DNA of 64,000 nt from Eledone cirrhosa. Lineage: Eukaryota. Below, one piece after another: positions 49,734-63,011 of the stretch. The notes under the pieces are model-generated. The model did not search any database, was not told the DNA's origin, and was given only the letters and a program-made list of their open reading frames with translations. The stretch lies in NCBI GenBank assembly GCA_964016885.1, contig OZ024742.1:277946001-278010000 (forward strand), in the 5' to 3' direction. The position numbers were made by a program, and so were the translations under genes. The first letter of the stretch is position 1. Each line of letters opens with the position of its first letter.

Positions 49734-50311
49734 TAGCTGCCAACTCGTTTTCGAGTACGGCCACTACTTTATATCCATGTAGGAGAACCTCTACCGATGC
49801 GCTGAACGAGTGTGACTTTTTAGTCCAGCCAGCGACTTGAAAACTCTGGTACAAACACTACACTTGTGACAATTATTGACACATAGTGCTGGGCCCATGG
49901 AACCATGTGATGGCAAGTGCAGAGAGATCTCCAGATATAAAGCAATGCCTGTGCCGTGAAGCTTTTATAGTGAGCAAAGGCTCTGCACAAAGCCAGTCCC
50001 ACTCTCTTAACCAAGATGATATTTACCAAAAAGAAGAACAAGTCAACATCATTGGATACCATCAGGGTTGCAGGTGTTATATCAGAGTTTTCCTACTCCT
50101 AGAATTCTGCCTTGACAAAGGCTAAGGGGTCGTCTCTCCCGCTGATTTTGGATGGCCATTGACGTTTAAGAGCTCCTTTGCCTTTTGACAGGTTTTGTTT
50201 TTAGTCCTGCAGGATGTCCAAAGTCACCCTCCTCACCAAAAAACCTTGGTGGGGTTGCCAGTTTAGTCGCCAACGACCCGACCATGAGACAGGTTGCACT
50301 GGGATACATGT
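49730..50311 (-). mobile_element. Non-autonomous bipartite RTE-derived element
   Basis: Inverse copy of 58214-58794. The 3' part encodes [24 protein letters not shown] (C2H2 finger) and a terminal CTCGAAAACGAG hairpin. Confidence 0.65.
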
Positions 50312-50383
50312 TAGTGAAATGTATTAGTGTGGTGTCGCACATGTTAAATAGAGGGTGCAGAAAGAATAATGTTATAGACATTG

Positions 50384-50477
<94 letters not shown>

Positions 50478-50763
50478 ATACATATATACACACAGGCAAA
50501 TGGTCAACCATTTGCGTCCATCACGGAATCATGGATCAACTAAGCACTCTTGCTATATCAACACACTTTGATCTGCTTAACTTTGATGACTTTGCTTTTA
50601 AATAACATTATTTTTTCTTCCACATGGACTTTTTATGTTCTACATTATGCACGTTCTTTTACTTTTTCTTTTTTCTTTTCACTTCATAAACCTTGTTTGT
50701 AAATAACATTATTTTTCCTGCACCTTCTGTTTAACATGTGCGACACCACACTAATACATTTCA

Positions 50764-50805
50764 CTATCATTTGATAATGCATAAAAATGCTGAAACCGGT
50801 AATAG
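50764..50805 (+). ncRNA. Minimal hammerhead, U3-A8 variant
   Basis: ctat-cat-TTGATAA-tGCAtaaaaaTGCt-GAAA-CCGG-TA-atag. Upstream 50703-50766 is inverted at 50312-50374. Confidence 0.65.
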
Positions 50806-51144
50806 ACAATAATTAAATATATAAATAGATAAATAAATGCCATTGTTAAATAATAAATAAATCAACTAATACCTTAACACTTCACACAAAGTAAAACATT
50901 TCGTTTTCATCATTTTCTCACCCAGAAAAAAGAGAGAGAGATACAAAAAAGGAAAAAAAAATATTTTCCCTCCTAATAATCGTCTCTTTCTCCATGTTTT
51001 CTTATATATATATCCTAACTTGTCTACTTCCTCTCCACATTTTATTATTATTATTATTCTCTATCTCTCTCTATATATATATACAAGCACACATAAAGAC
51101 ACACGCACATTTATATATATATATATATACACACAAACACACAT

Positions 51145-51196
<52 letters not shown>

Positions 51197-51202
<6 letters not shown>

Positions 51203-51529
51203 AAAAAGGGATGAAATCGAAAATGCAACTGAAGTCTTATTTTTTTTAAAATATATATATTTATTTGGTTCCTTTACCGGTTTCGCAGTTCTTCTGCTTT
51301 TCAAAAGGTGAGTTGAGATGGAGGGTCTGTGGTTTTACCACAGACCCTCCATCTCAACTCACCTTTTGAAAAGCAGAAGAACTGCGAAACCGGTAAAGGA
51401 ACCAAATAAATATATATATTTAAAAAAAAATAAGACTTCAGTTGCATTTTCGATTTCATCCCTTTTTCTTTATACTTCCACTCGTGTAGGACACCTCGGT
51501 TATTCTTCATTTTGTAAAAAAAACCTCAC

Positions 51530-51537
<8 letters not shown>
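51197..51537. mobile_element. Near-perfect fold-back PLE pLTR (centre 51335)
   Basis: ~137-bp arms with a 3-nt loop; the right arm extends ~65 bp. Confidence 0.85.
51362..51399 (+). ncRNA. Minimal hammerhead, U3-A8 variant
   Basis: CCTT-TTGAAAA-GCAG-aagaa-CTGC-GAAA-CCGG-TA-AAGG. Twin on the minus strand at 51271-51308. Confidence 0.8.
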
Positions 51538-51560
<23 letters not shown>

Positions 51561-51609
51561 CATACACACATATATATATATACATATAAACACATATACA
51601 CACACATAT

Positions 51610-51710
<101 letters not shown>

Positions 51711-51729
51711 TACATACACATACATACAT

Positions 51730-51778
<49 letters not shown>

Positions 51779-51780
<2 letters not shown>

Positions 51781-52588
51781 CTGGATTTTACCAACCTTCC
51801 TGGGGTCCGGGTAAATTTTCAATACCCGAATTACTTGATCGTTTTTGGCTATGCGAATTATTGTTTAACCATCGTCTCAGTGTGTTTGGCGTTTAACGTT
51901 TGTTATAGCTCTGGTTCATCTGAACCATTGAGCACTTGCCTCACATCTCGGAGGTTGTTTTTCGTTGTTTCATGGGCCGAAATGCGAATCTCGATAAATT
52001 ATGTTTGTATTTATCTCCAGACTCGAGCTATTGACCAGTTAATTTTCTTGATTTTTTAGTTGATTCTATTGACTGATGAATAGCTTATGTTAATTTTAAC
52101 CCGTCTGTTGAGAACTCTATTCGATTTGTGATGTTTTTGCATTCCTGCAAAAATATAAACAACTGAATTTATTCGCCTGATATAGGGGCTGCCTCCCTTG
52201 CCGATTCCCACGTGGAGTCAGCAATAGTCAGTCCTTGTATTAACATTGAACTAAAACCTGTTGAGAAAGTGGCTTCCTTGTTCAATCATCTTACCAGAAG
52301 CCTGACATTATTTATGTAAGCGGAGGGTACTTGATTTAGGAGCCGCAGAAACCCAAATGCTGGATTTTACCAACCTTCCAGGAGTCCGGGTAAATTTTCA
52401 TTACCCGAATTACTTCATCATTTTTTTGGCTATGCGAATTATTGTTTAACCATCGTCTCAGTGTGTTTGGCGTTTAACGTTTGTTATAGCTCTGGTTCAT
52501 CTGAACTATTGAGCACTTGTCTCACATCTCGGAGGTTGTTTTTCGTTGTTTCGTGGGCCGAAATGCGAATCTCGATAATTTATGTTTA
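51779..52588. repeat. Tandem direct repeat, ~579-bp period
   Basis: ctggattttaccaaccttcc starts at 51781 and 52360; ~230 bp is duplicated. Confidence 0.9.
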
Positions 52589-52982
52589 TATATATATATA
52601 TATATATAGGAACCAGTAAGACCCCGACAGCTGAGCTCAAGCCGTTTCGACGGCTAATTCTGGACTAAATGAAAATTTATCCTGGTATTTAAATAGCCGA
52701 TCTTCTCAAGGGGTAATTCCATATATGGTCAAAGTGATTGTCAAAAATCAGTAGTAATTCTGTGGTTGCAAATTAGTAGGGGAGATGGTGGCTAAACCTG
52801 CCAGTAGGAGAAAGAGGGGAGGGGGTGGAGTAGCCCCAATGAAGCGTTTGTAGTGCCAGCTACAGCTGGGTATGAGGTCAAAGAAGATACAGGGGAGGGG
52901 GAGGGGGAGGAAGTCGGAACGGTAGGTAGAACAATGGGGGTAGAAATATATAAGAATCACCTTACCGCTACTTACTGCCGCC

Positions 52983-54318
52983 TTGGACTTCGCCGAAACA
53001 CTTGTGCCCATCACTGACCAGGAAAGAAAAATCATCCTCCACGCCAGGAAGACAGTCTTACTCTTTGACGACTCTAAATGGATAAAAAGAGCTCCCGACT
53101 CACCCTTCGACGTCAGCATGGGCGCCACGGATTCAGCGGAGGTCACAGATCTTATAGGATTATTCCTAATAGCCAAACTCACTGATATGTTTCCTGCATT
53201 CGGTGGTGGATTGTACCGTGATGATGGGCTCCTTACCCTTAACAACCCCAGTAGTACAGATCGGGTCCGGAAACATTTAATCAGATTCTTCCGCGACTGG
53301 GGATTTAAAATAACCCTACAAACGTCCCTGACCAGAGTAAACTTCCTGGACGTTACCCTCGACCTCGAAAACGACCTGTACTACCCATACAGGAAACCTA
53401 ATGACAATCTGCACTACATCCACCGCCGATCAAACCATCCTAGGAACATCACAAACAACCTGGTCAAAAACATCTCCCTCCGCATATCTCGTTTGTCAGC
53501 TAATGAGCGGATATTCGATGAACATGCGCCTTATTACAACCAGGCCCTCAAGCGGAGTGGTTTCCGGGAGGAAATATCCTACTGTCCAGCTCCCATTAGC
53601 GGAACCAGCAGGAGACACCGCCGCTCACGCAATGTAACATGGTTCAATCCTCCCCACAACGCAGAGGTGACAACTCCCATCGGGAAACTATTCTTTAGGC
53701 TCATTGAAAAACACTTCCCATTACAACACCGCTACCACAACATAATTAACAAAAATACCATCAAACTCTCTTACACCAAACTTCGCACAAAACATCGTCT
53801 CCTCTAACAACAAAAAACTCAACCCCGATGGCAGAAATAACCTAAATAGCAGTGGAGAACCGACCAGGAGGTGTAACTGCCCGGATAGATCTATTTGCCC
53901 ACTCGACAATAGATGCAGAGACCGTAATGTTATCTACCAGTGCAACGTGAGGACGGATACCTCCAACAAAGCCTATATAGAACTTACCGCATGTGACTTC
54001 AAGACCCGGCTATACCAACATAGACATACCTTCCGAAACCCGGCCCGGCGTCACGCCACTACACTTTCGGGCCACATATGGGACCTCAAGGACAACAACA
54101 TCACCTATGATCTCACTTGGAGATTACTGTCCAGAGCCAATTCTTACACGGGAGGACGCCGTCCGTGCAATTTATGCTCGGAGGAAACTTTACAAATGCT
54201 GTTTTCGACGGACCAACTCCTAAACAAGAAAGATGAACTGGTTACTGCATGTAAACATAGATTGCGTAGGACTTACCTCGCCCTCAAACCCCATAATGAC
54301 CGGGGGGGGGGGGGGTAG
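52983..54318 (+). pseudogene. PLE reverse transcriptase and GIY-YIG endonuclease, frameshifted near 53775
   Basis: Motifs FDVSMGA, GLYRDDGL, VNFLDVTL, SNHP, WFNPP, CNC...CPL...C, VIYQC..AYIE (YIG mutated), CNLCSEE..LLNK. Confidence 0.9.
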
Positions 54319-55455
54319 ACTAGGGCTATAACACCCCACTTGCCGATTTTGCAATGGGTAACCCCTGCTTGCCAAGGGAGACGTAAGATCTTCTTTGTAT
54401 TCTTTTATCGCTTCCTTTATTTCCTTCCTTCCCCCCTCTCTCCTTAGTCCTTCTACCCCAGCTCTTCTCCTTTGTCGGCGTCTTTTCTCGCCCACCCGAG
54501 GCTGCCCTTTGGCCCCTTGTAGCCTTAGTACCCCCACCCCCTCCCCTAGTCTAGGATAGATTTGGCGGACTCCGCCCTTTATAGCAGTTGGTTTAGACCC
54601 CGGATACTTGTCCCCTTTTTCCGACCGCTCCCACTATTCTCTGTGCCCTCTATATTTCTTAGTGGCACTTTTGCCTTATTTTTTCGTTTCAGTATTTCTT
54701 TCTTCGCTTTTCTTTTGGGCGGGGTGGATTCTGAATGTATTCTTCCGTATTCTACCTTTACTTCGTACGAACTTTCATGTAGCTTGTTTTAGATCTTTTA
54801 GAGTTAGCATTAGTATATATTTTTCTCGGGACTCAGAATTATTATCTCGTATTAGTTCACTTTGCTGCAATGGGTGGTTGCTGGAATTGTGCCCGGGATG
54901 GAAACCTTTATTGTTTATTTCGTGGTAGTCTCTTTAGTATTTTGGCCCCTTTTGTTGACCCGTCACCGTATCATTTACGTACTTATACCTCTTAAAAGGG
55001 TCCTCGCCTAATCCGTCCCACCTAGTTCTTTTACTTATTTCGTTATTTCTTTATTTCTTTCTTTACTTCTTTCTTTCTTTATTTATTTATTTATTCTAGA
55101 CTAACAATAGCTAGAGACCTAGGTCGTAGAATTTAATTTACTTTACTTTTTTCTTTACACTCATTTGTTTTTCTTTACACTTATTTGCTTTTCTTCACTC
55201 TCAGTATTTTTCTTTCCTATATATTTCTACCCACCATTGTTCTACCTACCGTTCCGACTTCCTCCCTCTCCCCCTCCCCTGTATCTTCTTTGACCTCATG
55301 CCCAGCTGTAGCTGGCACTACAAACGCTTGATTGGGGCTACACCACCCCCTCCCCCTTTCTCCTACTGGCAGGTTTAGCCACCATCTCCCCTACTAATTT
55401 GCAACCACAGAATTACTACTGATTTTTGACAATCACTTTGACCATATATGGAATT

Positions 55456-55549
55456 ACCCCTTGAGAAGATCGGCTATTTAAATACCAGGATAAATTTTCA
55501 TTTAGTCCAGAATTAGCCGTCGAAACCGCTTGAGCTCAGCTGTCGGGGT
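55456..55549 (+). ncRNA. Hammerhead in Nematis pLTR, U3-A8 variant, GUC site
   Basis: ACCCC-TTGAGAA-gatCGGCTA...TAGCCGtc-GAAA-c(c/g)gcttgagctcagctg-TC-GGGGT. Twin at 52621-52714 (-). Confidence 0.8.
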
Positions 55550-55660
55550 CTTACTGGTTCCTATTACCCACTCTACTACCTCAAGTATTGAGTACTTTGG
55601 TGCGTTATGGTCCACCTGGTTCCTTACCACATTTCCTTCGTTATATATATATATATATAT

Positions 55661-55847
55661 ATAACGAAGGAAATGTGGTAAGGAACCAGGTGGACCATAA
55701 CGCACTAAAGTACTCAATACTTAGGGTAGTAGAGTGGGTAATAGGAACGAGTAGGACCCCGACGGCTGAGCTCAAGCCGTTTGTACGGCTAATTCCAGAA
55801 TTAGCCGTCGAAACGGCTTGAGCTCAGCCGTCGGGGTCCTACTCGTT

Positions 55848-55851
<4 letters not shown>
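55661..55851. mobile_element. Mini fold-back of the Nematis pLTR
   Basis: Inverted 55741-55795 vs 55797-55851, plus 80-bp tail. Confidence 0.85.
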
Positions 55852-55909
<58 letters not shown>

Positions 55910-55934
55910 TATAAACACATATATATAGACACAC

Positions 55935-56016
<82 letters not shown>

Positions 56017-56021
<5 letters not shown>

Positions 56022-56213
56022 AAATATTATGACACCGACGGCAGAGCTGAAGCCGTTTCGACGGCTATTTCTTGACTGGGGTCCAGAAATAGCCGTTGAA
56101 ACGGCACCAGCTCTGCCGTCGGGGTCATACTTTTTCCTATTTCCCACTCTACTACCCTAAGTATTGAGTACTCTGGTGCGTCCATTTGATTCCTTATCAA
56201 AATTCCTTTGTTA
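56017..56213. mobile_element. Mini fold-back of a Nematis-like pLTR (subfamily of 46629)
   Basis: Inverted 56017-56072 vs 56084-56140, plus tail. Confidence 0.8.
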
Positions 56214-56224
56214 TATATATATAT

Positions 56225-56764
56225 ATAAACGTTTGTATATGTATAATAAAGCCAAAACAATGCAGGTATGGACATAGAATAAAGAATGCAAATGCAAAAG
56301 ATATTGTTGACAATTAGTCTTTTACCTCAGATTTATTTAAATGTCCTTAATTTTCGAGATAATATCTCTTCTTCGGAGGGAAGTAAAGCGGTTAAACCAG
56401 TGTTCTAAATAACTTGCCAAGTCATGCGGACAGGAAATGGTATAGAGTATCCGTTCTATCTCTAATCTGTTCTATCTCTTTGACATTAGAGATAGAACAG
56501 ATACTCAATACCATTTCCTGTCAGCATGACATGGCAAGCCATTTAGAACACTGGTTTAACCGCTTTAATTCCCTCCGAAGAAGAGATATTATCTCGAAAA
56601 TTAAGGACATTTGAATACATCTAAGGTAAAAGACTAATTGTCAAAAATATCTTTTGCATTTGCATTCTTTATTCTATGTCCATACCTGCATTGTTTTGGC
56701 TTTATTATACATATACAAACGTTTATACCTCATTACACAATGCTTCAAGTGAACTATAACCCCT

Positions 56765-56768
<4 letters not shown>
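56225..56768. mobile_element. Fold-back PLE pLTR (family of 870-1112)
   Basis: 56225-56467 is inverted relative to 56485-56727; the right arm extends ~40 bp. Confidence 0.85.
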
Positions 56769-56838
<70 letters not shown>

Positions 56839-57199
56839 ATATATTTACACACATATATATATACAGACATACGCACACATACATACATATATACATATAT
56901 ATACATATATATACATATATACATACACACATTCACACACATACACGCATATATATATATATATACATATACACATACATACATATACATACATATACAT
57001 ACATATATACATACGCATACATATATATTTTTTACATATACATTTATACATACACATACATACACATACACACACACATAGACATATACATACATATATA
57101 TACACACATATACAAACATATACACACAAATATACACATACATACACACACATATGCATACACATACATACAAACAAACATATACACATATATATATAT

Positions 57200-57230
<31 letters not shown>

Positions 57231-57253
57231 CACATACACATATATATATACAA

Positions 57254-57294
<41 letters not shown>

Positions 57295-57684
57295 TACATA
57301 TATATACACATACATACACATACATACACACATACACATATATATATACACATACATATACACACATGTCTACATATACACACATACAAATACATACATG
57401 CACACATATATACATATATACACATACGTATATATATATATATATATACACATACATATATATATATATATACATATATACACACATATATACATATACA
57501 TACACACAAACCCACACACATATATGTATATATATATATATACAAATATATTTATATATATTTATATATATATTTATATATATATATACATATAGATATA
57601 CATATATATATAAAATTGAAGACTAAAATCCAAAGAGGGCTCGATAAGCAGCGATTCTTTGCTTAAACTTTAATCTGTTATTTT

Positions 57685-57776
<92 letters not shown>

Positions 57777-58027
57777 CATATACATACACACATACACACA
57801 TACATACATAGATACATACATATATATATATATCTACATATATATACACACAAACATACACATACATGCAAATATGCAGGTACATAAGACGCAGGTACAC
57901 ACAACCATACGCCTACAAACTAACGGCCCCTCATACAAATACATATATACATGTACTCAAAAATAAACGCGTATACACAGGCTCATAAATACAGTTCTAC
58001 AGGCAGAAAATGTATATGTATATATAT

Positions 58028-58074
<47 letters not shown>

Positions 58075-58213
58075 TATATGTATGTATATATATCAATATA
58101 TATATATATATATATATATGTGTATATATGTATATATATGTATGTATGTGGGTATATGTGTATATACCCACATACATATGTATGTCAGAGGTCACCAGTT
58201 GGTGCTACTGGTA

Positions 58214-58794
58214 ACATGTATCCCAGTACAAACTGTCTCATGGTCGGGTCGTTGGCGACTAAACTGGCAACCCCACCAAGGTTTCTTGGTGAGGAGGGTG
58301 ACTTTGGACATCCTGCAGGACTAAAAACAAAACCTGTCAAAGGGCAAAGGAGCTCTTAAGAGTCAATGGGCATCCAAAATCAACGGGAGAGATGACCCCT
58401 TAGCCTTTGTCAAGGCAGAATTCTAGGAGAAGGAAAACTCTGATATAACACCTGCAACCCTGATGGTATCCAATGATGTTGACTTGTTCTTCTTTTTGGT
58501 AAATATCATCTTGGTTAAGAGAGTGGGACTGGCTTTGTGCAGTGCCTTTGCTCACTATAAAAGCTTCACAGCACAGGCATTGCTTTATATCTGGAGATCT
58601 CTCTGCACTTGTCATCACAAGGTACCATGGGCCCAGCACTATGTGTCAATAATTGTCACAAGTGTAGTGTTTGTACCAGAGTTTTCAAGTCGCTGGCTGG
58701 ACTAAAAAGTCACACTTGTTCAGCGCATCAGTAGGGGTTCTCCTACATGGATATAAAGTAGTGGCCGTACTCGAAAACGAGTTGGCAGCCACCA
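58214..58794 (+). mobile_element. Non-autonomous bipartite RTE-derived element
   Basis: Highly similar to 49730-50311 in the opposite orientation. Confidence 0.65.
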
Positions 58795-58915
58795 TATGTG
58801 TATATATATATGTGTGTATGTGTGTGTATGTATATATATATATGTGTGTGAATATATATATGTGCATATATATATATATGTATGTATATGTGTGTGTGTA
58901 TGTATGTATGTATAT

Positions 58916-59013
<98 letters not shown>

Positions 59014-59026
59014 GTATATATATATG

Positions 59027-59115
<89 letters not shown>

Positions 59116-59147
59116 GTATAAATGTATATATATATATATATGTATGT

Positions 59148-59207
<60 letters not shown>

Positions 59208-59975
59208 AAATGCGGAAACCCACAGGGCAGACCCTAGGTCACAGTCCTAGCGACTGAACGCAGCATCGGATCCTTAAGGATAAAGGAAGCACTTGTTATT
59301 AAGAACCTCAGACCCCCACTTAACAACCGGGCTGAGAGAAATGAGCTGACATGGCTAATTTAACCATAGTGACCAGTAACAGCCCCTACGGCCTACTATC
59401 TTTCACACACACGCACTTATATGTATACCCATACACATACACACACACATCTATATTTATACACGCACACATGTTTATACAACCTACCACCTTTCACACC
59501 CTTTGATTTCCAGCTTCTACGACCCACTATCTTTCACACACACACACTCACATACATACACACATACACACACAGTTACACACACATATATATTTACACA
59601 CACATATTTTACGGCTTTCACACGCTAGCGCACCCTATTGATTTAACCCAATTGGTCAGTAGATTTTGCCACAGCCTATCACGCGCACGCGCATTCTTTC
59701 CCTCGTTTGAATTTTCCCCATAACGGCATTCCTATGTTTTAACGACAATACAACTTTCCCCGGCTTAGCCCGCCCCCCCCCCCCCCTTTTGGAACTTTCC
59801 CCCGTTGATGGGCGTGAGCCCGAAATATTGGGATTAAATCTCCACTACGGTAACCCTTCTACCTTTGTTTTGTTTTCATTTTCGTTTCTCTCAATTTTCA
59901 CTTTTCTCCTATTTCTCACTCACTTCCTACCTCGAGATTTCCCATCTGCATTGTTGTGGCTTTCTAACTACATAA
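59208..59975 (+). mobile_element. 3' end of a Penelope/Poseidon-like PLE with hammerhead-like motif at 59798-59833
   Basis: Encodes [27 protein letters not shown] (GIY-YIG C-terminus), followed by CCGTTGA-t-GGGC-gtga-GCCC-GAAA-tatt-ggg. Confidence 0.65.
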
Positions 59976-59995
59976 TGTATATATATATATATGTA

Positions 59996-61145
59996 TCATA
60001 AATCATGTCTTTAGAATCATCAGATAAAATAAAAATTATTTCTTCTTCTAATTAGCATAATTAACCATATAAAGAATCAATTAGAACAAGCTATAAGAAT
60101 AAATGCTCTTACTGAGAAATCTCCGACAAATAACCGAACGTAGCCTCTTCGCGGCGGCCTCAATCGAGTTTTATCCAACATTTCGACAGCATGTAGAAAC
60201 TGACTAAATATACCATCAACCATACACAATTAGATGTAAAATTAAACTTAGAAGAAATGCGCACATACCGTAAATATATCTTTACCATGGTTTCTCCCTT
60301 ATTTTTAGACATCCAAATAATAGGAATGTCCTGAGTTAGGATTCATCAGGAGACAAACTCAAAATCAGACATCTAGTTTTTCAATCCGATCCCGCCAAAA
60401 ATAGATTAAAAAATGGCTAAGAATCGCTATGTGGCTGTGGTCAAGCCAGAAAGAATGTGATTGGTTGCTTACAGTGGGTAGGCTTGCTGCTAGAAAGCGC
60501 AGCCAAAAATCGCCAAATTTAATCTCAACCTATTGGGAGATTATTAAATATAAATGTTAACATATATATAAAGTTATAGATATATACATGTTGCAACTGG
60601 TCACTTTTAAGCTCTATGAAGAATTAATAAATTAAAAAAATCAGAGCAATATATCAGAAATCATGTCTTTAGAATCATCAGATAAAATATATACTATTTC
60701 TTCTTCTAATTAGCATAATTAACCATATAAAGAATCAATTAGAACAAGCTATACGAATAAATGCTCTTATGGAGAAATCTCCGACAAATAAACGAACGTA
60801 GCCTCTTCGCGGCGGCCTCAATCGAGTATTTATCAAACATTTCGACAGCATGTAGAAACTGACTAAATATACCATCAATCATACACAATTAGGTGTAAAA
60901 TTAAACTTAGAAGAAGCTACGTTCGGTTATTTGTCGGAGATTTCTCCATAAGAGCATTTATTCTTAAAGCTTGTTCTAATTGATTCTTTATATGGTTAAT
61001 TATGCTAATTAGAAGAAGAAATAGTATATATTTTATCTGATGATTCTAAAGACATGATTTATGATATATTGCTCTGATTTTTTAATTTATTAATTCTTCA
61101 TAGAGCAACATGTATATATCTATAACTTTATATATATGTTAACCT
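59996..61145. repeat. Direct plus inverted repeat cluster
   Basis: 59996-60255 is repeated at 60657-60915; 60916-61145 is the inverse of 60550-60802. Confidence 0.85.
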
Positions 61146-61146
61146 T

Positions 61147-61177
<31 letters not shown>

Positions 61178-61201
61178 GTATATATATCTGTATATATATG
61201 C

Positions 61202-61297
<96 letters not shown>

Positions 61298-61446
61298 GTG
61301 TATATATATATGTATATATATGTGTATATATATATATGTATATATATGTGTATATATATATGTATATATATGTGTATATATATATATGTATATATATGTG
61401 TATTATCTATACATATTTATATATACATATATATATATATTTTTTT

Positions 61447-62132
61447 TTAGAATTGGTGCTCTGAAATAGCCATATATATATGAATGTATATATAGTGCAT
61501 TTTGCAATACACTGTATGCTTAATTAAAAGCATTTTGAAGACCGTATGCTATTGTTTTAGAGTAGTGACAGACTCACTTACTTTAATTTCAGCAAACAGG
61601 GGGAGATAAAGCTGACAAGGCCTTGTTTTTGCATTTATTGATGCTTATTGAAGCCAACTACTCCTCCTGTTTGCTGAAATCACGGATGTTTGGTTCTTAT
61701 GTTTGCTGAGATTAAAGTAAGTGAGTCTTTCACTACTCTAAAACAATAGCATAAGGTCTTCAAAATGCTTTTAATTAAGCATAAAGTGTATTGCAAAATG
61801 CACTATATATACATTCATATATATATATCGCTATTTCAGAGCACCAATTCTAATTTTTAATTTCTGCTTGACCAGCAACCGCTCTGTATAATCAGTTCCT
61901 GATTATTTACTAGAATTCTATAAGAACCAAACATCCGTGATTTCAGCAAACAGGAGGAGTAGTTGGCTTTGATAAGCATCAATAAATGCAGAAACAAGGC
62001 ATTGTCAGATTTATCTCTCCTTGTTTGCTGAGATTAAAGTAAGTGAGTCTGTCACTACTCTAAAACAATAGCATAAGGTCTTCAAAATGCTTTTAATTAA
62101 GCATAAAGTGAATTGCAAAATGCACTATATAT
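61447..62132. mobile_element. Multiply inverted PLE pLTR with hammerhead at 61965-62010
   Basis: ggct-TTGATAA-GCAT-caataa-ATGC-a-GAAA-CAAGGC(A/C)TTG-TC-ag(a/c)t. 61447-61700 is inverted against both 61701-61853 and 61919-62132. Confidence 0.75.
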
Positions 62133-62208
<76 letters not shown>

Positions 62209-62477
62209 ATATACACGTATATATATGTGTGTATGTGTATGTGTGTATATGTATATGTGTATGTATTTATATATGTATATATATATATTTATATATATAT
62301 ATATATATATTTGTCGATGTGTTTTTATGTATATATGTATATATGTGTATATGTGAATATGTGTTTGTATATGTTTGTATATGTGTATATTTTATATATA
62401 TATATATATATATACATGTGTTTGTGGTGTGTGTGTGTGTGTGTGTGTGTTGTGTGTGTGTGTATATATATGAACGT

Positions 62478-62962
62478 GTCGTTTGACACCTGAATATAGC
62501 TTAAGAGAAACATGATAATAAGGATAGGCACCCAATATTTGAACTGGTTTATAGAATTCTCTCATCCTTTGTCACTCTAAGTAGAGCTCTAAAGAATTAC
62601 CTTTTAACGAATTTCCCTTTTCTTTAAATCCATCAACCATGACTGACACCCAACTATCTTTTAGACACCTGAAATATAGGCATTGTTGGCTTACGAGAAA
62701 CCTAAAAATTAGGAGTGCCACCCCAATTTGAACTTGTTTATAGAATTCTTTCTGCCTTTGTCACTCTAAATATAAATTATAGCCTTAAATAATTAGCTTT
62801 TAATGAATTCCCTTATCTTTCAACCAATGACCACTCCTCACCCTCTCCTACCACCAGAACATATATAAATACCACAACATTTGTTTTGGACAGCCAGATT
62901 ACTGATGATTTCTAAAGAATGAAACAGTTCTAGTCTTGTAGAATCTCATCTAAATTAAAACT
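62478..62962 (+). mobile_element. PLE 3' UTR/pLTR with internal ~190-bp tandem repeat and hammerhead-like core (62902)
   Basis: Family shared with 4040, 45751 and 2653. Confidence 0.7.
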
Positions 62963-63011
62963 ATATATATATATATATATATCCCCCCCCCCAAACACCA
63001 AACCCCACCAC

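Larger units (their letters stand above)
52607..55643 (+). mobile_element. Nematis-like Penelope-like element, 5'-truncated with inverted pLTR
   Basis: 52607-52951 is the reverse complement of ~55219-55564. RT and GIY-YIG lie between, with (TA)n flanks. Confidence 0.9.

Noticed and set aside
49886-50125. 79-80 aa ORFs conserved between 49820-50125 and 58400-58705
   Set aside because: Conservation reflects recent copies of one repeat; only the zinc-finger frame has recognisable motifs.
52070-52130. CTGATGA followed by a hairpin, as a possible hammerhead or SECIS element
   Set aside because: There is no GAAA for a hammerhead, and the SECIS quartet and helix are out of register.
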